Shown here: piece after piece, positions 20,272 through 28,330 of the stretch
Layout of the letters: each line of letters begins with the position of its first letter
Position numbering within the stretch: the first letter of the stretch is position 1
Assembly: GCA_047602425.1 (NCBI GenBank)
Contig: JASGHG010000001.1
Span: forward strand, 1,504,001 to 1,568,000
DNA length: 64,000 bases
Source: Nibricoccus sp.
GTDB lineage: Bacteria; Verrucomicrobiota; Verrucomicrobiia; Opitutales; Opitutaceae
Direction of reading: 5' to 3'
Translations under genes and position numbers: made by a program
The notes under the pieces: generated by a model
The model's database searches: none
Seen by the model: only the letters and a program-made list of their open reading frames with translations
Told to the model about the DNA's origin: nothing

Positions 20272-20636
20272 CAGGCGGAAGGTTTATTCTCGGTCAGCTT
20301 CTTGGTGACGAAACCGCGCAGCTCGCCGATGGTGCGCACCGACATGAGTTCGGTGTTCTCGATCCGGACTTTGAACAGATCCTCGAAGAAAAAAACCGTT
20401 TCAGCCACCGCCAGAGAATCGTAACCGAGATCCTCCATCAACTTCATCTCGTCCTTGATTTCGATATTGGTGGCCCCGAGGTTGCGCTTCGGCATGAAAT
20501 CACGCACGGCCGCCAGCACCACAATTCGCAGAGCTTCCGGGTCGCCGGTGGTGCGAAAACGCTCATAAGCATCGCGAGCCTCAGCGGGGTATCGGGCCAA
20601 TTGGGAGGGGGAAGCAGGGAGATTTTCGAAGGACAT
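20271..20636 (-). CDS. Acyl carrier protein with N-terminal extension
   Basis: DLGYDSLAVAE; start at MSFENL. Confidence 0.8.
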   Translation of the reverse strand: MSFENLPASPSQLARYPAEARDAYERFRTTGDPEALRIVVLAAVRDFMPKRNLGATNIEIKDEMKLMEDLGYDSLAVAETVFFFEDLFKVRIENTELMSVRTIGELRGFVTKKLTENKPSA

Positions 20637-20769
20637 CTGCCATGAGCAAAGGGAACCTGCGTCCGGGCTCAAGCCTTCGCTATGCTCATTTTTTGCTGAA
20701 AGTGTTAAAAGTTGGTCCGTCGCGATTTTTCTCGCACCGCGCCCTGCGGCCCAAAAACCTCTGCCCTCC

Positions 20770-22089
20770 ATGTCGGAGACGCTCCACGACTTCTGGCTGG
20801 CCAACGTCCGGCAAGCTCCCCACGCCCTCGCCTTGATTGAGGGTGAAAGCGGCCGCATGTGGACGCGCGCCGAACTTCAGCAAGCCGCCAACGCCTGGTT
20901 GCAAACACTGCCCGACCAACCCGCCCTCGCCCGCCGTCGCGTGGCACTCGCCGAGCCGAATGGCCCCAGCTGGCTGACCGCATTCATCGGACTCCTCCAA
21001 GCGGGCGCCGTGATCGTGCCGCTCGATCCAGCCGAACCAGCCGAAGCGCGAAATGCCACCGCCAATGCCGCAGGCGCTAGTTGGATCTGGGAAATGGGTC
21101 AGCTCCGTCCGCTTAAACGCTACGCTCCGGGACGTCGGAAAGACCTCTGCCTGGTCAAACTGACCAGCGGCAGCACCGGCACGCCGCGTGCCTTGGTCTT
21201 TACTCATGCGCAAATGGCCGCGGATGGACGCCAAGTTTGTTCGTCGATGGGCATTCGCCCCGACGATTTGAACCTCGGGATCATCCCCTTTGGCCATTCG
21301 TATGGCTTGGGCAACCTCATCGTGCCGCTCCTCGTTCTAGGCACGCCAGTCGTGACTGCCGCCAGCCCCTTGCCCGCCGCTCTTGCTGCGGATTGCGCCA
21401 GATGGAAACCCACGGTTTTTCCCGCGGTGCCCATGCTGCTCCGGGCGCTCACGCTCACCGGAGTCGAACCTTCTGCCATCGCCAGCCTGCGACTCATCAT
21501 CTCCGCCGGGGCGCCATTGCCCCCCGATGTCGCAACGGCGTTTGCCCGGCATTTCGGCAAACGCATTCATTCTTTCTATGGCTCCAGCGAGACCGGCGGC
21601 ATCACATTTGATCGAACTGGCGAAGCCGCGCTCGATGGTCGCAGCGTGGGCACTCCAATGGATGGCGTGCGCCTGCAATTCCGCCGCGGCGGACGCTTCC
21701 AAGTCGTCAGCAAAGCCGTCATGGGAAAAGGCCACCACTCGCCACCGGATCGCGCAGAATTGAATGACAAAGGCGAACTGGTTCTCCTCGGCCGAACCGG
21801 CCGAACCGCCAAAATCGCCGGCCGCCGGGTCGATCTTGGCGAAATCGAAAAACTCCTTCGCACCGTGCCCGGCGTGACCGATGCCTTTGCCATGCCCCAC
21901 CCGTCGCGGCCCGATGCCCTCGCCGCCGCCATTGCGGGCACAACTGAAGCCTCCGTCGTCCGCCAATCGCTCCGCCTTCGCGTTGCCCTTTGGAAAATTC
22001 CCGATCGCTTAGTCGTGTTACCCGAACTGCCGCGCACCAGTCGTGGAAAAGTGGATCGGAAAAAATTGGCACAGCTGCTCGCGGGTTGA
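20770..22089 (+). CDS. Class I adenylate-forming enzyme (acyl/aryl-CoA or -ACP ligase)
   Basis: LTSGSTGTPR, HSYG, FYGSSETGG, PRTSRGKVDR. Confidence 0.9.
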   Translation: MSETLHDFWLANVRQAPHALALIEGESGRMWTRAELQQAANAWLQTLPDQPALARRRVALAEPNGPSWLTAFIGLLQAGAVIVPLDPAEPAEARNATANAAGASWIWEMGQLRPLKRYAPGRRKDLCLVKLTSGSTGTPRALVFTHAQMAADGRQVCSSMGIRPDDLNLGIIPFGHSYGLGNLIVPLLVLGTPVVTAASPLPAALAADCARWKPTVFPAVPMLLRALTLTGVEPSAIASLRLIISAGAPLPPDVATAFARHFGKRIHSFYGSSETGGITFDRTGEAALDGRSVGTPMDGVRLQFRRGGRFQVVSKAVMGKGHHSPPDRAELNDKGELVLLGRTGRTAKIAGRRVDLGEIEKLLRTVPGVTDAFAMPHPSRPDALAAAIAGTTEASVVRQSLRLRVALWKIPDRLVVLPELPRTSRGKVDRKKLAQLLAG

Positions 22090-22123
22090 TGGCCGTACCC
22101 GGGACTCGCCGAATTACAGACCT

Positions 22124-23029
22124 TTAACCAGTCCGCACGCCCATCAACGTCGCTTCGATTTCCAAGGTGAGCTCCGCGCGGCAAATATCCGAACGCAAAT
22201 AGCTCACCCGGTCCGTGGGCAACAATAACGTTTGCTCGAGCGCCGTTTTGATCTGCGCGAGTTCGTTGGCCCTGCGAATGTAGACTTTGAAATGCCGCTC
22301 GCCACCCCGTTTCGCACCGAGATTGTCGTCCAGGCCACAAGCCTTCGAAATCAGCCTCAAATTACGCACCGTGCGCTCGATCTGACCGGCGGTATCATCC
22401 GGCGCGACGGTCTCGTGGCCTTCGATTGCGGCCGTGCCCGAGATAAACACGTCCGCCGAACCATTCGCCATCGGCACAAGCGAAGCCCGGGAAAAACTCG
22501 GCGGACGGGGGCCATGTTTTTTCGGGTATTTGTAGGCGGAGACTTGTTCTGGATTTTCGAAATGCCGGGGCTCGGTGTCACAAGCTGCAAAAACGACGGT
22601 TAATTCGTCATCTTCCGTGCCCACCGCCGACGCCGACGGCAAACGACGCTCAAAACCGGCGCCAAATGTTTTCTCGAACGCCAACGAGCGTCCGTGACAA
22701 AACGCGCGGTAGTTTTCCAGTCCTGCGGAATCCGGTTCATTAATGCGTGGCACGTAATGCCAGACGCGGCAGAGATGCAGTTTTTCGAGCGCCAAAAACA
22801 AATTTGCATAAAGCCGGTCGGTGGCCTGCTCCAGTCCATCGGCGATGGAAACCGCAATCCGACCGACTCGCCAGGGCCCAGCCTGTTGGAGCTCGAAATT
22901 GCCCACCGTTCCAGCGGGTTTGGCTTCACGAAAGAGCGTCTCCTCTTTTTCGCCAGCGAGCACGGGCAAACCGACTGCGCGGCGCGGTTTGATGGTAAGA
23001 GCTGGTTCGAGGATATACATGGACCGCAT
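22124..23029 (-). CDS. Chorismatase, FkbO/Hyg5/XanB2 family
   Basis: RVWHYVPRIN, YRAFCHGR, PSASAVG, ENPEQVSAY, PSFSRA, ISGTAAI, DICRAELTLEIE. Confidence 0.85.
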   Translation of the reverse strand: MRSMYILEPALTIKPRRAVGLPVLAGEKEETLFREAKPAGTVGNFELQQAGPWRVGRIAVSIADGLEQATDRLYANLFLALEKLHLCRVWHYVPRINEPDSAGLENYRAFCHGRSLAFEKTFGAGFERRLPSASAVGTEDDELTVVFAACDTEPRHFENPEQVSAYKYPKKHGPRPPSFSRASLVPMANGSADVFISGTAAIEGHETVAPDDTAGQIERTVRNLRLISKACGLDDNLGAKRGGERHFKVYIRRANELAQIKTALEQTLLLPTDRVSYLRSDICRAELTLEIEATLMGVRTG

Positions 23030-23112
23030 TTTCTCTGCGGAAGTGTTGCCAGAGCTTCAAGCTTCGTTCGCTCGCCGCAAGCGCTTTTCTGCGCCGCGGA
23101 AGGGAGGCTTCG

Positions 23113-23751
23113 TTAAGGCTTGATCCGCCAGAGAATAAAGTCTGCCACCGCCCGCTTGGGAGCCGGGCCGAAATCGTGCCTGGCACCGGCCTTCGCGAAC
23201 ATCGTCACCGCGTTGTCCTCCGCGTCCATTCCCAGCCCGGGCTGGCTCACGTCGTTGGCTACGATCCAATCGAGTTTTTTTTCTGTGAGTTTTCGCTGTG
23301 CGTAGATTTCAACGTCACGCGTCTCCGCCGCAAAACCGACGACCGTCTGTTGCGGTGTCTTGGTTGCCGCAAGCGTTTTCAAAATATCGATCGTTGGCTC
23401 CAAATCCAACGTGAGCCCGCCGGTGGTCTTTTTCGTTTTCTCGGCCGAGCGAAAACGTGGCTTGTAATCCGAGACTGCCGCCACCGCGATGAACACATCG
23501 CAACCGCCAAAAAGCGGGAGGCACGCCTCGTACATTTCCTGCGCCGTGACCACGCGGGTGAGACGCACGCCCGTGGGCGCGGCCAGCGAGACCGGTCCGC
23601 TAACCAAATCGACCAACCAACCCCTTGCTACGCCAGCCGCAGCCAGAGCGTAGCCCATTTTGCCACTCGAACCATTGCTAATGAACCGCACAGGATCCAA
23701 AAACTCGCGTGTCGGGCCGGCGGTGATGAGGCAGCGGATTGGTTGGGGCAT
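23113..23751 (-). CDS. coaB: Phosphopantothenate-cysteine ligase (stand-alone CoaB domain)
   Basis: [44 protein letters not shown]. Confidence 0.9.
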   Translation of the reverse strand: MPQPIRCLITAGPTREFLDPVRFISNGSSGKMGYALAAAGVARGWLVDLVSGPVSLAAPTGVRLTRVVTAQEMYEACLPLFGGCDVFIAVAAVSDYKPRFRSAEKTKKTTGGLTLDLEPTIDILKTLAATKTPQQTVVGFAAETRDVEIYAQRKLTEKKLDWIVANDVSQPGLGMDAEDNAVTMFAKAGARHDFGPAPKRAVADFILWRIKP

Positions 23752-23833
23752 ATATCGGTCATGACAACTTCCCTTCCTTTTGTCCACCTATCGATAAATC
23801 GTCCGCACTACACTTTGGATGTACCATTATGTT

Positions 23834-23933
23834 ATGTCATCCATTAAATGACAATGGATTGAAGCTCAGAGCGTCTGCCACCGCGACTGGGATTGACCAT
23901 TTCCAAACACGTTTGTCATCTAATAAATGACAA
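23834..23933. repeat. Pair of 21-bp palindromes (locus 2)
   Basis: ATGTCATCCATTAAATGACAA at 23834-23854; TTGTCATCTAATAAATGACAA at 23913-23933. Confidence 0.9.
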
Positions 23934-24009
23934 AGGTGTTATCACAGCACCTTTGATGAGATGAGCGCTGGCTACAAATCGGACCCAGCATCCTCAACTG
24001 CAAAATGGA

Positions 24010-25152
24010 CTAAGCAAGTTGGCGCAGGAGCCAGTCGGAGGCGCTTCCTTTGGCGGGCTGGTGCAGAACTTCGCGGAGTTTTTCCGCACGTGCGGCAGTT
24101 TCTTCGCGGCGCTTCGGATCGTGCAGACACGCGCTCAATTCTTTCGCCAAAATCTCGGGCGTCGCGGCGCCTTGGATAAATTCCGGGTACATCGACTCCT
24201 TGAGCAACAGGTTCGCGATTCCGAGAAACTCTACCTTGATGATCAACCGGCCCAGCAAATATTCAATCGGCTGAGCGATGTACATGACCACGCCGGGAAT
24301 TCCCGCGAGCGCACAGCGCATCGACATCGTGCCTGAACTTGTCAGCACCGCTGACGCCGCCACCGGTTCACCCGCAGGACGAAGCTCAACATTCGAAGGT
24401 GGATTAGCGGCACTTAATATGGCGAGAATCTCCGGACTGGGATACAATGCCACAGCATCGCGTTCGCCGAGCTTTTCGTACGCCTTGAGCATAACCGGAA
24501 ACATCCGGCGAACAGCCGAACTACGGCTTCCAGGCAAGAGCAGGACCGGCCCGTCCGGGTCAAAACGCACCGGCGATACGACGTGCGGAGCCAGGAATGG
24601 ATGTCCGACGAATTCTACAGGAAGTTTCGTGTCGGCGTAGACCTCCGGTTCGAAGGGAAAAATCACAGCCAATCCGTCGAGGTATTGCGCCATCTTAAAA
24701 CGCCGTTTCGCACGCGATGCCCAAATCTGCGGACTGATATAATAAAGCGTTTTGATTCTGCCGCCGGCTTTCGCCGACAGCCCACGCTCAAACATCATTT
24801 TCGCAATGCGCAGGTTCAGACCCGACGAGTCGACGAAACAGATCGCCTTCGGCTGAAATTCTTCGATCCAGCGGAGGATTTCCCGAAACAACGCCTTGAA
24901 GTAAGAAATGTTTTTCAGCGTGTCGACAAAGCCGATGACCGATCTCGCCGTCATATCGCGCAGCAGTTGCGCGCCAGCCGCAGCGAGCCTCGGACCTCCG
25001 AGCGCTGCCACTCGCAAGTCCGGGCACTTTGCCAAGACGCCGCTTAACATCCGCGCCGCATGCTCGTCACCCGAGTGTTCGCCCGCGATGATCAGCAAGT
25101 CGACACGACCGCCAGTCGGAGGGGGAAGCGAAAGTGGAACGAGCGCGGGCAT
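24010..25152 (-). CDS. lpxB: Lipid A disaccharide synthase
   Basis: IAGEHSGD, YISPQIWA, IFPFE, FVGHP, LLPGSR, SGT, PEFIQ. Confidence 0.92.
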   Translation of the reverse strand: MPALVPLSLPPPTGGRVDLLIIAGEHSGDEHAARMLSGVLAKCPDLRVAALGGPRLAAAGAQLLRDMTARSVIGFVDTLKNISYFKALFREILRWIEEFQPKAICFVDSSGLNLRIAKMMFERGLSAKAGGRIKTLYYISPQIWASRAKRRFKMAQYLDGLAVIFPFEPEVYADTKLPVEFVGHPFLAPHVVSPVRFDPDGPVLLLPGSRSSAVRRMFPVMLKAYEKLGERDAVALYPSPEILAILSAANPPSNVELRPAGEPVAASAVLTSSGTMSMRCALAGIPGVVMYIAQPIEYLLGRLIIKVEFLGIANLLLKESMYPEFIQGAATPEILAKELSACLHDPKRREETAARAEKLREVLHQPAKGSASDWLLRQLA

Positions 25153-25176
25153 GAAAGTGGTCTCAGTTTTTTCCGC

Positions 25177-25317
25177 CACAGAGGGCACAGAGCTCGGACA
25201 CAGAGTTCACAGAGAATCCAAAGAAAGCACATATCGAGTGACAGAAGCGGCCGGCAAGATACACGCCCACGTTTTGGCCTCCCGCCGCCTCTGTGTCCGA
25301 GCTCTGTGTCCTCTGTG
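25177..25317. repeat. 29-bp inverted repeat built from CACAGAG units
   Basis: CACAGAGGGCACAGAGCTCGGACACAGAG (25177-25205) vs 25289-25317; one mismatch. Confidence 0.9.
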
Positions 25318-25328
25318 TTCCCATGCCT

Positions 25329-26327
25329 TTACCTTTTCGCCGTGATCGCGCGGATTTGCTCGGTGATCGTTATCGCCACTTCGAGCGCACTTTTGCCGAG
25401 TTCGGCGCCGACCTTGGGTGTCTGAGCCTTGGTGACACTTTCAACAAAATGTGCCAGCTCGATGGCAAGTGGTTCGCCTTTTTCTATCGGAATTTCTCCC
25501 ACCGGGATCGAGCTCACGTCGCCTGGTTTCGCGAGACCGACTTTCAATTTCAGGCCGTACGCGATCAGGTCGCTTTTCTTCACGAGATGACCCTTCTGGT
25601 TCATGAAATCCAGCGAGAGGTAGGCATTTTCCTGAAAGATGCGAATCTCGCGATTTTTCTTCAGGCTCATGCGACTCGCGCTGAGATTCGCGACGCAGCC
25701 ATTGGCAAACTGAATGCGGGCGTTGGCGATGTCCTCGGTTTTGGAAAGCACGTTCATCCCCACGCTGTCGATTTTTTCGATCGGCGATTTCACGAGCGCA
25801 AGCACGATGCCGATGTCGTGTATCATGAGATCGAGCACCACGCCCACCTCGGTGCCACGAGTTTGGTAGGGAGCGAGTCGTTCGGTTGTGATGTAGCCGG
25901 GTCGATCGATTTCCTTTTCGAGGAAACTCATAACCGGATTAAAATGCTCGATGTGCCCGACCTGCACGAGCCGCTGAGCGGCCTGAGCGGCGGCGAGCAC
26001 TTTTTCCGCTTCTTCGAGTGAAGCGCAGAGCGGTTTCTCGATTAGCAAATGGCAACCTTTCGCCAGCAGCGGCAATGCGACTTCGGCATGTTTATCCGTC
26101 GGAACGACGACGGAAACGGCGTCGCACGCCTCGCCCAGTTCTTCGATCGTGGCGAAGCGCTTGCAATTAAACTTCTCGCAAATCTCCTTCGCGCGAATGT
26201 CGCTCGTTTCGAAGATGCCGGCGAACTCGACGTTTTTCATCGAGGCGTAGATGCGGGCGTGGTGCTGGCCGAGAGAACCGACGCCGATCACGCCGCAAAC
26301 GATTTTTTCTTTTTTAAATTTAAACAT
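25329..26327 (-). CDS. Gfo/Idh/MocA oxidoreductase (possibly GnnA-like)
   Basis: GVIGVGSLG, LIEKP, QVGHIEHFNP, DLMIHD; directly upstream of lpxB. Confidence 0.85.
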   Translation of the reverse strand: MFKFKKEKIVCGVIGVGSLGQHHARIYASMKNVEFAGIFETSDIRAKEICEKFNCKRFATIEELGEACDAVSVVVPTDKHAEVALPLLAKGCHLLIEKPLCASLEEAEKVLAAAQAAQRLVQVGHIEHFNPVMSFLEKEIDRPGYITTERLAPYQTRGTEVGVVLDLMIHDIGIVLALVKSPIEKIDSVGMNVLSKTEDIANARIQFANGCVANLSASRMSLKKNREIRIFQENAYLSLDFMNQKGHLVKKSDLIAYGLKLKVGLAKPGDVSSIPVGEIPIEKGEPLAIELAHFVESVTKAQTPKVGAELGKSALEVAITITEQIRAITAKR

Positions 26328-26982
26328 GCTGGAGGACTCCTTCGTGGAGGAAAGTTTTGCGGCTGGTTTTGGCAGCATGCGCAACGTTGTGCGTGACGAG
26401 GACGAGCGCAGTTTTCGTTTCGGCGGAAAGACCAAGCAACAAATCAATCACGGCGTCGCCCGTTTTTTCGTCGAGATTGCCCGTCGGTTCGTCCGCGAGG
26501 ATGAGTTGTGGCGAATTCATGAGCGCCCGCGCCACAGCCACCCGTTGACGTTCACCGCCGGAAAGCTGAGATGGCAAATGATGCGAGCGCTCGCCCAGAC
26601 CGACTTTCGCGAGCAATTCGCGTGCTCTCGTCTTTTCGGACGAACCAACAGAACCCACCATGCGCCGGGCCATGAGCACGTTTTGCAACGCGTCGAGTTC
26701 CGGAATCAGATAAAACGACTGAAACACCATGCCGAGAAAAGTCGCGCGCTGGATCGTTTGCGTGACCTTGCGTTCGCTCCAGAGAATCTCGCCGCTATCC
26801 GGCGTATCGAGCGCGGCGAGCAGGTTGAGCAAAGTCGATTTTCCCGAACCCGATTCGCCACGGATGCTCACACTCTCACCAACCGCCACCGCCAAATCCA
26901 CGCCGCCCAGCACCTCGATGCGACGGTCGCCACTGAGGTAGGTTTTGCGCAAGGCGCTGGCTTGAAGGACAATGTCACTCAC
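26320..26982 (-). CDS. lolD: Lipoprotein-releasing ABC transporter ATPase
   Basis: [28 protein letters not shown]; follows the LolC/E-type permease. Confidence 0.85.
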   Translation of the reverse strand: MSDIVLQASALRKTYLSGDRRIEVLGGVDLAVAVGESVSIRGESGSGKSTLLNLLAALDTPDSGEILWSERKVTQTIQRATFLGMVFQSFYLIPELDALQNVLMARRMVGSVGSSEKTRARELLAKVGLGERSHHLPSQLSGGERQRVAVARALMNSPQLILADEPTGNLDEKTGDAVIDLLLGLSAETKTALVLVTHNVAHAAKTSRKTFLHEGVLQHV

Positions 26983-28204
26983 TGCGAAGCGCCTCCACGG
27001 GTTTGAGTTTCGCCGCGCGCCAGGCGGGCAACAGTCCCGCCATCATCGAAATCAAGACCGAGCAGATCACGATCATCACGATATCAGATGTCGCGGTATG
27101 CGAGGGCAGCTGGCTGAATTGATAGAACCGTTGCAGCACTTCGTCGCGCTGCGTGATCCTAGTTACAAAAGCGACGAAATCGTTGCGACAAGCAATCGCA
27201 AGGAACCCCAGGCCAAGGCCGAGCGCCGTGCCTACAACGCCGATGATCAGGCCTTGAAAACAGAAGCACGCTGCGACCTGACGTGAATTGGCGCCCAGCG
27301 CCGCGAGCAAACCGATTTCACGGGTTTTGCGAACCACTGAGATGAGCAACGAACTCGTCACCGAAAAACCCGCGACAATCACGATGAAGATCAGGAGGAA
27401 AAAGATCATGTTTTTCTCCAACTGAAGCACCCAGAGGAAATCCGAAAAGCTGTCCATCCACGAAAACGCACGAATGCCGGAGGGCAGGGCGGCATTCAAG
27501 CGCGAGGCCATTTCATCTTCGTTCACGCCCGGTTTGATCCGAACGTTGATGCCGTGCACGCCGGCGCCGAGACCGTACAATTCCTGCGCGAGCCGCAACG
27601 TGCAATAAAGCATGCTGCTATCGAGTTGTTGATGGCCAATGGTTATAATTCCAACCACGCGCACTTCCCGTGGGAGAAAAGCTTCGTCACTCTTGAGCTT
27701 TTCGATCATCAGAGGCGAATACACCTCGATCTTACTGCCCACACTTGCACCAACGGAACTCGCGAGTTGCGAACTGAGAATCACCGAATCGTCGTCGAGA
27801 TCGTCGAGCGAACCGAGCTGCACATATTTGCCGAGTTCCACCACCTTCTCGACGTTGTTCAAGTCGAGCCCACGCATCGCGGGATACGAGGGTTTGTTGT
27901 GGTATTCGATCATGACCACGCCCGAAGCCGTGGGTGTCGCCGCGACGACGCCAGGCACAGTTTGCACCTTTTTCAGCACCTCCGCGTAGTCCATGATGAT
28001 GCCGCCGGATTTGATCTGAATCTCGCCTTCCGTATCCACAATCATGCGACGAATTTCGTGGCCGAAACCGCCCATCACGCTCATGACCACAACCAACAAA
28101 GCCACGCCAAGTCCGACGCCTGTGATCGAGATGAAGGTGAAAAACGGAAACCGTCGCCCGGTCGGGAAAAGCTGCTTGAGGGCAAGGTATAAGTACCAAG
28201 GCAT
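26975..28204 (-). CDS. Lipoprotein-releasing ABC transporter permease LolC/E
   Basis: GVGLGVALLVVVMSVMGGF, KTREIGLLAALG, PAWRAAKLKPVEALR. Confidence 0.88.
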   Translation of the reverse strand: MPWYLYLALKQLFPTGRRFPFFTFISITGVGLGVALLVVVMSVMGGFGHEIRRMIVDTEGEIQIKSGGIIMDYAEVLKKVQTVPGVVAATPTASGVVMIEYHNKPSYPAMRGLDLNNVEKVVELGKYVQLGSLDDLDDDSVILSSQLASSVGASVGSKIEVYSPLMIEKLKSDEAFLPREVRVVGIITIGHQQLDSSMLYCTLRLAQELYGLGAGVHGINVRIKPGVNEDEMASRLNAALPSGIRAFSWMDSFSDFLWVLQLEKNMIFFLLIFIVIVAGFSVTSSLLISVVRKTREIGLLAALGANSRQVAACFCFQGLIIGVVGTALGLGLGFLAIACRNDFVAFVTRITQRDEVLQRFYQFSQLPSHTATSDIVMIVICSVLISMMAGLLPAWRAAKLKPVEALRSE

Positions 28205-28212
28205 CGGAAGAA

Positions 28213-28325
28213 GAAAGACTGAAAGGCTGAAGGGCTGAAAGGCTGAAATGGTTGCGGCTAGCCTAGCTATGACCACCAGCTGCCGGCTTCGTTCAGGCTT
28301 TCAGTCATTCGTTCTTTCAGTCTTT
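28213..28325. repeat. Inverted arms of four 8-nt units each (AGGCTGAA / TTCAGTCT)
   Basis: AGACTGAA-AGGCTGAA-GGGCTGAA-AGGCTGAA (28216-28247) and TTCAGGCT-TTCAGTCA-TTCGTTCT-TTCAGTCT (28292-28323). Confidence 0.8.
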
Positions 28326-28330
28326 GCCTT

